Source: Candidatus Aenigmatarchaeota archaeon (lineage in GTDB: Archaea; Aenigmatarchaeota; Aenigmatarchaeia; CG10238-14; SCSR01). Taken from it: a stretch of 21,359 bases of DNA. The stretch spans positions 1 to 21,359 of the forward strand of contig JAWADS010000008.1 in the NCBI GenBank assembly GCA_038998625.1, in the 5' to 3' direction. Position 1 is the first letter of the stretch. Each line of letters opens with the position of its first letter. This document shows, piece after piece, positions 7,097 to 15,494 of this stretch. A program made the position numbers and the translations under genes. The notes under the pieces were generated by a model. That model was not told the DNA's origin. It was given only the letters and a program-made list of their open reading frames with translations, and searched no databases.

Positions 7097-8212
7097 ATGC
7101 AGATTGAAAAGTTTGCTGACGAATTCGGGCCAGAATATGTTATAGAGGTTTATGATCCTGGCATAAACCTAAAAGGAATTTTGGTTATTTACAACACAGC
7201 TCGCGGCACGGGCAAAGGTGGAATTAGAATGTCACCCACCATAACTACTGAAGAAATCTTTCGCTTAGCAAGGATTATGACATGGAAGACTGCTCTAGCT
7301 GATTTGCCTTGGGGAGGAGCTAAAGCTGGTATTAAAGCGGACACTAAAAAAATCTCTTTAGAGGAAAAAAAGAATTTAATGAAGAGCTTTGGTAGAGCGT
7401 TAAGATTCATTGCTCCAAAACTTTATATAGCTGCTCCAGATGTTGGTACAGGAGAAGAGGAGATGAGATGGTTTGTGGAAGGAAATGGAAATTTGAAATC
7501 TGCTACTGGGAAGCCAAAAGACTTGGGAGGAATTCCCCATGAATTAGGGTCCACTGGCTATGGAGTTTTTCACTCAGCTTTAATAGCAGTGAAATTTAAA
7601 AGAATAAAACTAAATGAGCTTACTGTGGCAATAGAAGGTTTTGGAAACGTGGGAATTTCTGTTGCTAAATTTCTTTTTGAAGCTGGTGCAAAAATTGTTG
7701 CTGTGAGTGATAGCAAAGGATGTATTTATAACCCAGAGGGTATAGATTTTCAAAAATTATATCAAGTAAAAAAAGAAACTGGAAGTGTGATAAATTATAA
7801 ACCAGGAGAAGTTTTAGAAAATGAAAAAATTTTTGAATTGAATGTTGATATGATTATTCCTTCAGCCTTACCTGATGTGATTAATGAAAAAAATGTGGAC
7901 AAAGTCAAGGCAAAAATTATAGTGGAGGCTGCTAATATTCCTATAAGGTATGAGATTGAGAAAATTTTACATGAAAAAGGAGTTTTGATTATACCCGATT
8001 TTGTAGCTAATGCTGGTGGAGTAATTTCTTCTTATGCTGAATATCGTGGCTATGATGAACAAAAAATGTTTAAGCTTGTGGAGAGAAAGGTCAAGAAAAA
8101 CACAAAGCTGGTTTTGGATTCGATAAAAAAAGAAAATATTTTACCTAGAGAGGCAGCTGAAAAAATTGCAAAAGAAAGGGTAAAAGAAGCGATGGTGAAG
8201 AGAACAACATAA
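7097..8212 (+). CDS. gdhA: Glu/Leu/Phe/Val dehydrogenase, probably glutamate dehydrogenase
   Basis: GKGGIR, MTWK, GGAKAG, APDVGT, TGKP, IEGFGNVG, EAANIP, PDFVANAGGVISS. Confidence 0.88.
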   Translation: MQIEKFADEFGPEYVIEVYDPGINLKGILVIYNTARGTGKGGIRMSPTITTEEIFRLARIMTWKTALADLPWGGAKAGIKADTKKISLEEKKNLMKSFGRALRFIAPKLYIAAPDVGTGEEEMRWFVEGNGNLKSATGKPKDLGGIPHELGSTGYGVFHSALIAVKFKRIKLNELTVAIEGFGNVGISVAKFLFEAGAKIVAVSDSKGCIYNPEGIDFQKLYQVKKETGSVINYKPGEVLENEKIFELNVDMIIPSALPDVINEKNVDKVKAKIIVEAANIPIRYEIEKILHEKGVLIIPDFVANAGGVISSYAEYRGYDEQKMFKLVERKVKKNTKLVLDSIKKENILPREAAEKIAKERVKEAMVKRTT

Positions 8213-8216
8213 AAAT

Positions 8217-9140
8217 CTATTCTTCTAAAGGTTCAGCCATTTTTTTGAAATCTTTGTCTTTTGTTTGAATATATAAGCAATAACCCAAATTTTCCTTCAA
8301 AGGTCCTTTTAACTCTTCCCCCGGAATTTTTTCTACCTCATCCTCTGTAAAGGGTGGTATTCTACTTATAGTCCAATTTTGTTTGCCATATTTCAAGTTG
8401 TATATCTCTTTCGCTCTTTCTATGATTTTTTCATCAATAATTTTTTTGACAAAATCTTTTTTTGCTACTTCTCTCAGAATCAAATCAGATATAATTTTTT
8501 TTAATACTCTATTTTTTTCTTCTTTTTTCGCGTTTGGTGCAATGTTAGTAAGTAATTTTGAAATGGCTGGAATGTTTTTTAGAGCTGAATATTCTGTATA
8601 AATCTTTCCTCCAATCTTTCTTGATTTTAATAAAACCCTTTCCGAAACTTTATCAACATCATAAGGATCTATTATAATTAAGCCGTGAAGTAAAGCGCTT
8701 TTTACACCCCAAATAATGGCATGGCTAGCCACAACTTTTTCATCAATTTTTATCGTTGAAGCTTTGTTATCAACTTCAACATTTTCAACTCCCAATTCTC
8801 TTAAAGCATTGGCAACTTTTTCTGCAAAATAGGCCCTCATATCTTCATAATTTCTAAAACTTCCATCCCTCGGAACAACAAAACAATAAGCTAAGATATT
8901 ATTTCCAACATGTACATGTGAACCACCTGTGGGCCTGCGGGTAATTTCAAAGCTATTGTCAACTTTTTTAATTACATCCGTAGCTTGAGCATAACCTAGA
9001 ACAACAGAATCCTTTTGAAAATCAAAAAATCTAATACTTGCTTTATTATCTAAACTTGCTTTTTTAAGGAAAAATTCTTCTAAAGCCATATTAATTTTTG
9101 CAGTAAATGTGCCTAGGCCCCAATATTCATATCTATACAT
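8217..9140 (-). CDS. Lipoate-protein ligase (BPL/LplA/LipB superfamily)-like protein
   Basis: NMALEE, VVLGYAQ, RRPTGGSHV, LLHG motifs; likely start ATG 9140, 2 nt after the upstream stop. Confidence 0.7.
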   Translation of the reverse strand: MYRYEYWGLGTFTAKINMALEEFFLKKASLDNKASIRFFDFQKDSVVLGYAQATDVIKKVDNSFEITRRPTGGSHVHVGNNILAYCFVVPRDGSFRNYEDMRAYFAEKVANALRELGVENVEVDNKASTIKIDEKVVASHAIIWGVKSALLHGLIIIDPYDVDKVSERVLLKSRKIGGKIYTEYSALKNIPAISKLLTNIAPNAKKEEKNRVLKKIISDLILREVAKKDFVKKIIDEKIIERAKEIYNLKYGKQNWTISRIPPFTEDEVEKIPGEELKGPLKENLGYCLYIQTKDKDFKKMAEPLEE

Positions 9141-9142
9141 AA

Positions 9143-9496
9143 TTAATAACCTCTTATAAACTCGCAACTTGGAGAAACTTCCACAAAATGTTTTGCTTTA
9201 CCTTCTCGAAAAGCGGAGCATTGGTTTTGTGGCAGATTGTCTACATCTTGCCTAGGCATATGTGCAACATCACAAACCCAGTTAAGTAAATCATTTATAG
9301 GATTGAGAAGACAGGGGCCATTCTCTAAATTTTGGCCTAAATATAAAGCCCTTTCACACTCTTTAATACAAATTTCCTTCGCTTTTTCAAACTCAGATTT
9401 TTGAGGAGTTTTGAAGGCAGATGAAAAATACGAAATTGAGAAGATGATTATGAAACTAATAACGATTAATAAAATCAGAATTTTTTTCATACTCAT
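9143..9496 (-). CDS. Membrane-anchored/secreted Cys-rich hypothetical protein
   Basis: N-terminal hydrophobic helix, six Cys (CIKEC, GPCL, WVCDVAH, NQCS, PSC). Confidence 0.75.
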   Translation of the reverse strand: MSMKKILILLIVISFIIIFSISYFSSAFKTPQKSEFEKAKEICIKECERALYLGQNLENGPCLLNPINDLLNWVCDVAHMPRQDVDNLPQNQCSAFREGKAKHFVEVSPSCEFIRGY

Positions 9497-9528
9497 AAAT
9501 ATTCCTTTGTTTTTAAAATCTTTTGCTT

Positions 9529-9634
9529 TTACAAAGAAGGACCTCGCGCCTATATTCTTTGTTTTATATCTCGCGCGAGGTGGACCGCCCAGTGGAGCGC
9601 AGCGAACGAGCGAAGCGAGTGAGCGACCAATAAA
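9529..9634. repeat. Dispersed structured repeat, copy 2 (106 bp, same orientation as copy 1)
   Basis: Differs from copy 1 only at 9600 (C vs T3942). Confidence 0.97.
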
Positions 9635-9638
9635 CCCC

Positions 9639-10013
9639 TCACTCTTCTACTTTATTTTTTTCCTTCAACTTTTTTCTTCCACTAATAGCTCCGCCTATAA
9701 GTCCACCAAGGGCAGAAAGAAAAATCCCCACTAAGCTAATTATACCAACAACACTACCAATTATACCGCCAACACCAATTCCAATGAAAGCTCCTGTTAT
9801 TCCGCCAAAAACTGTACCTACTGCTCCAAAAAATATAGGAATAAACAAAAGCAAAAATATTGGCCCAAGGAGGCCAGCGGCAAGTCCTTTTATTGTTCCT
9901 CTAGAGATTAGACCAGCTATAAAACCAGAAATCAAGGCACCAAAAAAAGGTAAGAAAAAGTTTAAGGGAATGAATAAAATAAAGGATAAAAGTAATCCTG
10001 TTAAAAATCCCAT
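9639..10013 (-). CDS. Gly-rich multi-pass membrane protein (DUF5518-like)
   Basis: PFFGALISGFIAG, many GxxxG motifs, LGGLIGG, basic tail. Confidence 0.7.
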   Translation of the reverse strand: MGFLTGLLLSFILFIPLNFFLPFFGALISGFIAGLISRGTIKGLAAGLLGPIFLLLFIPIFFGAVGTVFGGITGAFIGIGVGGIIGSVVGIISLVGIFLSALGGLIGGAISGRKKLKEKNKVEE

Positions 10014-10072
10014 AATTTTATTTTGATGTGTAGAAATAAATCTTTAAAAAGATTGAGAAGAGTTAAGTTATT

Positions 10073-10426
10073 ATGGGCATAAGAGAACCTTTTGTTGGTT
10101 TTAAGTTGAATAGGAGTAAAAAGGTTATTAAAATAGAAGATATACGAAAATATCTACGCCATACACCAAAAGACGAGTTATTAAATTTAGTAGCCGGAAT
10201 TAATTATCCTAAAATAGAACGAGAGGATTCAAGATTAATAAAGGCCGCGGATCTTCAAGAAAAATGTGAAGATTTTTTGAAATGTTATAAATATTATACT
10301 AAAATCCATGAACCCCCCTTTCTTAGTTTTGAAGCTGCGCAAAGATGTTTAGGTCGACTGAAAATTCCTGTTGCAGTATATCAAAAACATTTAAACCAAT
10401 ATTCTGAGATGGATGATTTTTTATAA
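10073..10426 (+). CDS. Hypothetical protein
   Basis: 117-aa ORF filling the gap between two minus-strand genes; no recognised motif. Confidence 0.55.
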   Translation: MGIREPFVGFKLNRSKKVIKIEDIRKYLRHTPKDELLNLVAGINYPKIEREDSRLIKAADLQEKCEDFLKCYKYYTKIHEPPFLSFEAAQRCLGRLKIPVAVYQKHLNQYSEMDDFL

Positions 10427-12706
10427 ATAATTTTTCATTTCTCTTATCATTTCCCTTTCAGTTTCTAAAACAACTTTTCTTATTTTATCTAAAGCATCAA
10501 TATTACAAGAAACACTTTTTATTCCATTTTTCACTAAATACCTTACCATTTCAGGACTGCTACCTGCTTCGCCACAAATAGAAGTTTCTATGTTATAACG
10601 ATTACAAACTTTTATTACATATTTCAACAACTTCAAAACAGCTGGGTGAGTTTCAGAAAAGAGTTTTGCAATTCTTTCATTGTTTCTATCCACGCCCAAG
10701 ACCAACTGGGTTAGATCATTAGTTCCAAAACTTACAAAATCAATCCCCTCTTTGCAAAAACTTTCTATTTCTAAAGCTGCCGCAGGAGTTTCAATCATTA
10801 TTCCCATTTTCACTGTATCAGGAAGTAAAATTTCATTAGATATTTCTCTAGCTTTTCTGAATTCGTCTACAGAAATAATAAAGGGTAACATAACATGAAC
10901 GTTAGTTAAACCTTCTTCATGTAATGCCTTTATAGCTTCCAACTCTGCCTTCAAAATTTCAGGCTCATCTAGACTTCTCCTTATTCCATGCCATCCTAAC
11001 ATAGGATTAGATTCATAAGGCTCTTCTTCCCCACCTTTTAAATTTCTAAATTCATCGCTTCTTGCATCTAGAGTTCTTACCCAAATGGGTTTAGGATAAA
11101 ACGCTTTAGCAATGGGTTTAATTCCTTCTAATAAAATTTTTTTGTAATCTTCTGCTTTTCCTTCCCTTATGAGCTTTGCTGGATGCACTCCAAAATTTAC
11201 AATCATATGTTCTATTCTTAATAAACCAACTCCATCAGCTTTCTTCACAATTTTTTCTAATTTTTCAGGAAATGCTAAATTAACTTTTACTTGTGTAACA
11301 GTAGAAATGCCTTCTGGCGGCTTTATCTCTTCCTCGATTTTCTCTTCAGGATTAGAAATTGTTACATCTCCTTCATAGATAAAACCATGGTAAGCATCCA
11401 CAGTAATAAACATTCCATCTTTCAGAATTTTAGTTGCTTCTTTTGTTCCTACTATACAAGGAATTCCCATTTCCCTGCTTACTATTGCAGCATGGCTGGT
11501 GCTACCACCCAAATCTGTAATAATAGCTGAAGACTTGCTCATAGTTGGAACTAAATCAGGAGAAGTCATGGTGGTTACTAGAATATCTCCTGGCATAACT
11601 TTTGTTATATCTTTTATATCGTAGACTATCCTCACTATACCTTTTGCTATACCTGGGGAGGCAGCTAAACCTTGTAAAATGGGTTTTGCTTTAATGGCAA
11701 TTTCTTCTACTTTAGCCTTAGTTGTCACTGCTCTTGTTTGAACAATAGCAATTCTACCCATTTCTATTGCAAACTCTATATCTTGCGGATGATTATAATG
11801 TTCTTCTAAAATTTTTCCATAATTTGCTAACCTCAAAATTTCATCGTCTGTTAAAACTTGCGCATTTATTTTATCTTTTGGTACTGGAATCTCTACAGTT
11901 CTATCAGTAGCATAATCTCTGCTTCTCATAATATCTTTTTTTCCAATCTTTTTTTCCACGATTTTTCCATCTTTAGAGACTTTATACATATCTGGCTCCA
12001 CTTCCCCTGAAACTAAAGTTTCTCCCAATCCCCAAGTAGCCTCAATAACTGTTACATCTTCTCCCGTTACTGGATCTATAGTAAACATTACTCCAGATTT
12101 TTCAGAATTTACCATGCGCTGGACAACTACAGCTATACTAGCTTTGGTAAAACCATGTTTAGTTCTATAAAAAATTGCCCTAGGCTCATAAAGGCTTGCC
12201 CAACATTTTTTCACAGCATTCAACAATTCTTTAAACCCCTTGACATTGAGAAAACTGGCTTGCTGCCCTGCAAAACTAGCTTCCAACAAATCTTCAGTAG
12301 TAGCGCTACTTCTCACCGCCACCAAAGCCAGATCTCTACCAGCAGAAATCAATTCCAATGCTCTAACATCCATTATTTTATCAGAAATCGATAGGTTTCG
12401 ATAAGCTTCTAAAATTTCATTTTTAATAGTAAAAGGAATTTCTTGGCTCAAAATTAATTCTTTAATTTTTTTTGAGGTGTTCAATAATTGTTCTGTATTG
12501 TCGACATCTGTAGCTGCAATAAACTTTTCTATAGGCTCTCTTATCTTAGTTACATCTAAAAATTTGTCAAAGGCCTTAGCAGTTATTATAAAACCGAAAG
12601 GAACTGGAATTTTTAATTTAGTCATTTCTCCCAAGTTTGCTCCTTTCCCACCAACTAATAACACATCATCCTTTCCTACTTGATCGAACCACTTAATATA
12701 TTCCAT
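10421..12706 (-). CDS. ppsA: Phosphoenolpyruvate synthase
   Basis: VGGKGANLGE, VAVRSSATTED, SFAGQ, GGSTSHAAIVSRE (phospho-His), NPMLGWHGIR, SFGTNDL, SICGE. Confidence 0.97.
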   Translation of the reverse strand: MEYIKWFDQVGKDDVLLVGGKGANLGEMTKLKIPVPFGFIITAKAFDKFLDVTKIREPIEKFIAATDVDNTEQLLNTSKKIKELILSQEIPFTIKNEILEAYRNLSISDKIMDVRALELISAGRDLALVAVRSSATTEDLLEASFAGQQASFLNVKGFKELLNAVKKCWASLYEPRAIFYRTKHGFTKASIAVVVQRMVNSEKSGVMFTIDPVTGEDVTVIEATWGLGETLVSGEVEPDMYKVSKDGKIVEKKIGKKDIMRSRDYATDRTVEIPVPKDKINAQVLTDDEILRLANYGKILEEHYNHPQDIEFAIEMGRIAIVQTRAVTTKAKVEEIAIKAKPILQGLAASPGIAKGIVRIVYDIKDITKVMPGDILVTTMTSPDLVPTMSKSSAIITDLGGSTSHAAIVSREMGIPCIVGTKEATKILKDGMFITVDAYHGFIYEGDVTISNPEEKIEEEIKPPEGISTVTQVKVNLAFPEKLEKIVKKADGVGLLRIEHMIVNFGVHPAKLIREGKAEDYKKILLEGIKPIAKAFYPKPIWVRTLDARSDEFRNLKGGEEEPYESNPMLGWHGIRRSLDEPEILKAELEAIKALHEEGLTNVHVMLPFIISVDEFRKAREISNEILLPDTVKMGIMIETPAAALEIESFCKEGIDFVSFGTNDLTQLVLGVDRNNERIAKLFSETHPAVLKLLKYVIKVCNRYNIETSICGEAGSSPEMVRYLVKNGIKSVSCNIDALDKIRKVVLETEREMIREMKNYL

Positions 12707-12739
12707 AATTAATTATTTGTGAGAAAGAAATTATAATTT

Positions 12740-13309
12740 ATGAAATATGAAAATTTTTCCTTACTAAGTGATGAGGAAGTCATAAAATATTCAAAAACCC
12801 CTGAAGGAAGGGAATTTCTAAAATTATGGTTACGTGAAGCTCAAGATCAATTTGTTAAATATAAGTCTCTACTATTAAATTTACACCATCAAATTTTAAC
12901 ATTAGATAATGATATACTGAGAAGATCTGTTTTTGACGAGACACGTCAATACTTAGAGAAAAAACGTCAAGATTTGCAAAACAATCTTGATAGAATTAAA
13001 GGTTTTAGCGACGAGCTTTATAAAAAAATAAGTATTGTGCAAAGGCTTACAACGAATTTCAAACCTATCCCTACCGTAAACTTATTCCAAAATATTAAAC
13101 CTTTTAAGATCAAGCTTTTCGAAGTCTTGGCAATAACTTTTATAGTTCCCTTGTTCTTATTGATGTTTAATTATTTCAAAAATCTATCTAAAGCAAATTA
13201 TATCATAACTGGTCAAGCTGTTTATCCAATAGCAAATTATTTTTTTGTTAGCATATTTTTAGGAATTTTCATTCTACTTTTTTTAGTGTTTGTTTTTAAG
13301 AAAAAATAA
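12740..13309 (+). CDS. Hypothetical membrane protein (coiled-coil N-terminus, two C-terminal TM helices)
   Basis: 189-aa ORF; heptad-like N-terminal region, two hydrophobic stretches, KKK tail. Confidence 0.6.
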   Translation: MKYENFSLLSDEEVIKYSKTPEGREFLKLWLREAQDQFVKYKSLLLNLHHQILTLDNDILRRSVFDETRQYLEKKRQDLQNNLDRIKGFSDELYKKISIVQRLTTNFKPIPTVNLFQNIKPFKIKLFEVLAITFIVPLFLLMFNYFKNLSKANYIITGQAVYPIANYFFVSIFLGIFILLFLVFVFKKK

Positions 13310-13310
13310 G

Positions 13311-13829
13311 CTATTCGGCAACAAGAATTCTTATAGGAGTTGAGATTTTTGAACCAAATTTTTTCAAAGCTTCCTTACCAATTTCTAGTTTATCTTTATT
13401 TAATCTCAGTTCCACCAACCTTTCACCTTTAATGGCTTGTATAGCCCTGTTGGTGGGCTTTCCAAAGGCTAATCTCATTCCTTGTGAATATCTATCTGCA
13501 CCAGCCCCAGTGGCTATGGGCTTTTCTCGAATAACATGATGGGGATATTTCAAAATTTTCATAAAATAATTATTGCCTCCTAATTTTTTCTCTAAAAATT
13601 TATGAGCCGTTACTCGCGCAGCTTCTATGGCATTATCCCTTATTTGCACACTTTTATCAGCTAGCAAGTAAAGAATGGCATCAAATACACCATTTTTATT
13701 TCCCATTTCAAATTGATGAGTTTTTGGAAAAGGCACTCCTACAACATAGCTTTTTCTTGGTACTTTTTGAGATACTCTAGTGTAAGGTCTTTCTATTCTT
13801 CGAACTGTTCTTCCAGGTCTGAGGGCCAT
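13311..13829 (-). CDS. rpl10e: 50S ribosomal protein uL16 (L10e)
   Basis: MALRPGR, QIRDNAIEAAR, YPHHVIRE, GAGADRYSQGMRLAFGKP. Confidence 0.96.
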   Translation of the reverse strand: MALRPGRTVRRIERPYTRVSQKVPRKSYVVGVPFPKTHQFEMGNKNGVFDAILYLLADKSVQIRDNAIEAARVTAHKFLEKKLGGNNYFMKILKYPHHVIREKPIATGAGADRYSQGMRLAFGKPTNRAIQAIKGERLVELRLNKDKLEIGKEALKKFGSKISTPIRILVAE

Positions 13830-13853
13830 AATATCACTATCTAATATTTCTCT

Positions 13854-14183
13854 TTAAAAAGATTTAGAATATAGTATTGCAATATAATCTCCTTCTGATA
13901 TTTTTAATGTTTTAGATTTTTTTATAATCTCTTCTGATATTTTTTTACCATTCTCTGTTAGTCTTATTGTTTTTTCTTTACCTTCCTGAAAATCGATAAG
14001 GTTTTTTGATTTTAAACTACGAACAGCTTTAATAAAATGAGACTGAAAACCAGGATCATATTTTTCCCTACCTTTTCTTTCGCAAATTTCATCATAAAGT
14101 TCATTTATTAAATAAATTCCCTTACCAAGATGGTACAGAACAATTTTTTCCGCTGGGGACAAATTTAATTTTTCGTATTTCAA
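13854..14183 (-). CDS. Hypothetical protein, probable winged-helix fold
   Basis: LSPAEKIVLYHL...AVRSLKSKNLI...IRLTENG; TTG start with GAGGT 8 nt upstream. Confidence 0.6.
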   Translation of the reverse strand: MKYEKLNLSPAEKIVLYHLGKGIYLINELYDEICERKGREKYDPGFQSHFIKAVRSLKSKNLIDFQEGKEKTIRLTENGKKISEEIIKKSKTLKISEGDYIAILYSKSF

Positions 14184-14331
14184 CCTTGTCTACCTCACAT
14201 TTGAAATTTTTAAACGACTGCTAACGATAAAGTTAGTTAATTTCTATTTTTAAAGAGATGTGATAATAAAAAAATAATGTTAAAATATAAAAGTTCAGGA
14301 AATATAAAAAAATTAGGAGGTTGATGAAAAA

Positions 14332-14499
14332 ATGGCTGGATTGGTTGTAAAATCTGCTGTTAGAGCTGCTTTAAAAGGTATGAGAGCGAGTGGTGATTTC
14401 TTTAAGGCTTTAGACAAGCATGTTGCTGATGAGTTAGCAAAGGCTGTAGCAAGAGCTAAAGCTAATGGCAGGAAAACTCTGAGACCAGAAGATTTGTAA
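14332..14499 (+). CDS. Short histone-fold protein (alpha3-truncated, DUF1931/face-to-face type), 55 aa
   Basis: Manual translation MAGLVVKSAVRAALKGMRASGDFFKALDKHVADELAKAVARAKANGRKTLRPEDL; RKT..PxDL end; AGGAGG RBS at 14315-14320; not in ORF track. Confidence 0.88.
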   Translation: MAGLVVKSAVRAALKGMRASGDFFKALDKHVADELAKAVARAKANGRKTLRPEDL

Positions 14500-14572
14500 A
14501 TATCTTTATATCTTTAGGGCCCACAAAAGGAAAAAAATTTAAAGTTATTATTTCATAGAATTTTTGATAGAA

Positions 14573-14890
14573 ATGAGTTTAGAAATTCTTTACCTACCTG
14601 CAGCCATCTCTATAGGATTAGGTATTAGTTATACAATCCTTAAGATAAACGGCCGTGGATATGATCTATTCGGTAAAAAGTTTGGTTTTAGGCCTACCGA
14701 TGGTCTTGCTGTAAAGGATTTGAAAGAAGCGCAGAGATACTTAATGGAGGAGATAAATCAATTAAATTCTTTAATAAATTATTATAATAAAAATTCAAAA
14801 GGTTCGGGAGCTATAATTGATTTAGTGTATGAAGTTGAATTATTAAAAAGACGCTTAGAGGATTTGAAAGCTTCTATAATTAAAGGTTAG
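14573..14890 (+). CDS. Hypothetical protein with N-terminal TM helix and coiled coil
   Basis: ORF 14564-14890 (TTG), ATG at 14573; hydrophobic N-terminus. Confidence 0.55.
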   Translation: MSLEILYLPAAISIGLGISYTILKINGRGYDLFGKKFGFRPTDGLAVKDLKEAQRYLMEEINQLNSLINYYNKNSKGSGAIIDLVYEVELLKRRLEDLKASIIKG

Positions 14891-14927
14891 CCAGAAATTT
14901 TTATTAATAGAAAAACAACTTCTATTA

Positions 14928-15494
14928 ATGAAAGTTATTGGATTAACTGGAACTATAGGCGCTGGTAAAGAAGTTATTGTTGATTATTTGAAAAGAAAAT
15001 ATTCTTGTTGGTATGTTTCCCTCTCCTCCATAATTCGTGCCGAGTTGGAAAAAAAGAAAAAAGATTTTAACAGAAAAACTCTGCAAGACCTGGGAAATGA
15101 GATGAGGAAAAAATATGGGAAACATATATTAGCAAAATTAGCCACAGATTTCATGCAAAAAAATAGACAGATTTTAATAGTTGATGGGATTAGAAACGAT
15201 GGTGAAGCGGATTACTTAAGGAAAACTTTTAAAGATGACTTTATTCTAATCGCAGTGGATGCTCCAAGGGAAATTAGGTTTGAAAGAACATTAAAACGAG
15301 GCAGACCCACAGATCCAAAAACTTTCGAAGAGTTTTTAGAAGTCGATGAAAGGGATCAAGGAAAAAATGAACCAGAATATGGACAGCAGGTTAGAAAATG
15401 TATAGAAATGGCAGATATAGTTTTCATTAATGACGGCACCATTGAAGAGTTTGAAAAAGAAATTGATAAAACCTTAAGCCAGATTAAAATTTAA
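14928..15494 (+). CDS. P-loop nucleotide kinase (COG0237/dephospho-CoA-kinase-like family); substrate unknown
   Basis: IGLTGTIGAGK Walker A, IVDGIRN, RFER..RGR..D, ADIVFINDG. Confidence 0.8.
   Translation: MKVIGLTGTIGAGKEVIVDYLKRKYSCWYVSLSSIIRAELEKKKKDFNRKTLQDLGNEMRKKYGKHILAKLATDFMQKNRQILIVDGIRNDGEADYLRKTFKDDFILIAVDAPREIRFERTLKRGRPTDPKTFEEFLEVDERDQGKNEPEYGQQVRKCIEMADIVFINDGTIEEFEKEIDKTLSQIKI

Noticed and set aside
9591..9630. Resemblance to pUC/ColE1 vector sequence (contamination)
   Set aside because: Only short motif-level similarity, embedded in a larger element found at three native loci.
9411..9734. ORFs 9411-9734 (+) and 18058-18288 (-) share the peptide KKDLAPIFFVLYLARGGPPSGA
   Set aside because: The shared peptide is just the repeat translated; both ORFs overlap real genes on the opposite strand.
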